Positions 62,965 through 64,000 of a stretch of 64,000 bases of DNA are shown piece by piece. Each line of letters begins with the position of its first letter. The stretch's first letter is position 1. The notes below the pieces were generated by a model, which saw nothing but the letters and a program-made list of their open reading frames with translations, made no database searches and was not told the origin of the DNA. A program made the position numbers and the translations under genes. Origin of the DNA: Bacillota bacterium. Lineage in GTDB: Bacteria > Bacillota > Sulfobacillia > Fermentithermobacillales > Fermentithermobacillaceae. The stretch lies in NCBI GenBank assembly GCA_040766225.1, contig JAXGQX010000002.1:90243-154242 (forward strand), in the 5' to 3' direction.

Positions 62965-63711
62965 TTGACTCTAGACTTGGTTATCTATCTTAGACCGGGT
63001 TCCCGGAGGAGAATGGCGATATTCGCGGTCTTTGTCTTAGTGATTCTTGGGGTACGCTTAGGCATCTCCCCGGATGGTGGCGAACAGGAAGCTCATGCCA
63101 GGATCATCCCGATAGAAAAGATACGCACCCAACAGCCCCTATTCGGAGTCGTGGTGGACGTTACCACAGCAGGAATCGAAGAAGTCACCGCGTGTTTTAC
63201 CTTCCTGGAAGGGCTCGGGATTAAGGCTACCTGGTTCATGAACGCGACCTTCATAGAGTCCCAGCCCGAAGTGATAAGGCAGATGGCTGTGGCCGGGCAC
63301 GAGTTCGGCGTCAAAGGCACCGATGAAAAGCCTATGCACAAGCTCTCGGCCTTGGAGGCCAGGGACCGGATAAGCCGGTCCAGGCAGGCGCTGTCCAAGT
63401 CCTCTCTGGATGCCGCTCCTTTCATGCTCCCTCCCGGTCAGAAGTACAGCGACGTGCTTACACAGGCAGCGTTCCAGGAGGGTTTCCATGCGGTTAAGCC
63501 CGGAATCTTGGCCACGAAGATGAAGGGCAAGGAAGACGAAGCCGGTGGCAAGCTCGCAGAGCAGGTCGGGCCCGGTGACATCATCTTGTTGAGACTGGAC
63601 AAGAAGGGATTGTCCCCCAAGGAAGCGTATGTAGCGAGCCTTGCGGCCCATCTCGGAGAAAAGGGACTCCAAGCCGCGTCCCTTTCGGTCCTGGTGCGAA
63701 GCATAGAGTAA
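62965..63711 (+). CDS. Polysaccharide-deacetylase-like (NodB fold) protein with degenerate active site
   Basis: N-terminal TM, KATWF, GHEFG, PGDIILL; lacks the TFDDG and HxxxH motifs. Confidence 0.75.
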   Translation: MTLDLVIYLRPGSRRRMAIFAVFVLVILGVRLGISPDGGEQEAHARIIPIEKIRTQQPLFGVVVDVTTAGIEEVTACFTFLEGLGIKATWFMNATFIESQPEVIRQMAVAGHEFGVKGTDEKPMHKLSALEARDRISRSRQALSKSSLDAAPFMLPPGQKYSDVLTQAAFQEGFHAVKPGILATKMKGKEDEAGGKLAEQVGPGDIILLRLDKKGLSPKEAYVASLAAHLGEKGLQAASLSVLVRSIE

Positions 63712-63716
63712 GAAGG

Positions 63717-64000
63717 TCAGAGGACCCCCGAAGTGAGGAGCTTCTTCAAGACCGAAGAAGCCAACCGGACCAGGATTCCCAAGGGGGTCCTCGCGTTTAC
63801 CCACTCGCCTGTGGCCAACGGGGTTTGGCCCAACGGTTCCCCGCCCAAATATACAACTGCTCTTCCAACCACGGTTCCTGCAGCCATAGGCGCGATGATC
63901 CTATTTGGCAGTTCGACTTCCACCCGGAGCCCTGAGTAATAGCGTGGCACGCACGCGAAGAGGTCATAGACGCAGACCACGGGGACGGTCTTTTCGGAAG
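63717..64000 (-). CDS. 3' end of a D-alanyl-D-alanine carboxypeptidase (PBP5 C-domain), partial
   Basis: IIAPMAAGTVVG..VYLGGEPLG..PL pattern; continues beyond the window. Confidence 0.6.
   Translation of the reverse strand, partial: SEKTVPVVCVYDLFACVPRYYSGLRVEVELPNRIIAPMAAGTVVGRAVVYLGGEPLGQTPLATGEWVNARTPLGILVRLASSVLKKLLTSGVL

Noticed and set aside
1-64000. tRNA/rRNA genes, transposases, integrases, prophage or defence genes
   Set aside because: None recognised by eye or in the ORF track; tRNAscan-SE and HMM scans would be needed to exclude them.

Overview
Core-chromosome segment of a GC-rich, spore-forming, probably flagellated Bacillota (Clostridia-like) bacterium. Order: DUF5665, YteA/DksA-like, lspA, rluD, pyrE, metallophosphoesterase; two tandem paralogous oppABCDF cassettes, each followed by a convergent small membrane-protein gene (the first cassette is full of indels); a BON-SH3-NlpC/P60 lipoprotein, a SafA-like LysM protein and lexA; the minus-strand miaB-mutS-mutL-miaA-hfq-spoVK-hflX-ynbB cluster, interrupted by copA and a YHS gene; an isolated flagellin, thiI-iscS, a ttcA-like gene, an ADP-forming acyl-CoA ligase; feoB-feoA-rimO-ftsH-like-cinA-thpR-recA-recX-rny-ymdB-spoVS; an amidase, mrfAB (yprAB), a deacetylase-like gene and a partial dac gene. 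I found no tRNA, rRNA, CRISPR array or transposase. Single-base indels also break normally conserved genes (mutS, spoVK, flagellin, ymdB), so many frameshifts are probably long-read consensus errors. Best leads: a structured, terminator-ending leader upstream of rny; a sigmaF-like-promoter YHS protein with a DNRQ-repeat tail beside CopA; a ferritin-like/(DR)n/LysM fusion; a small ORF divergent from lexA across SOS-like boxes; and the duplicated opp cassette with its co-duplicated orphan membrane protein. All calls are by eye and motif recognition; no database searches were run.
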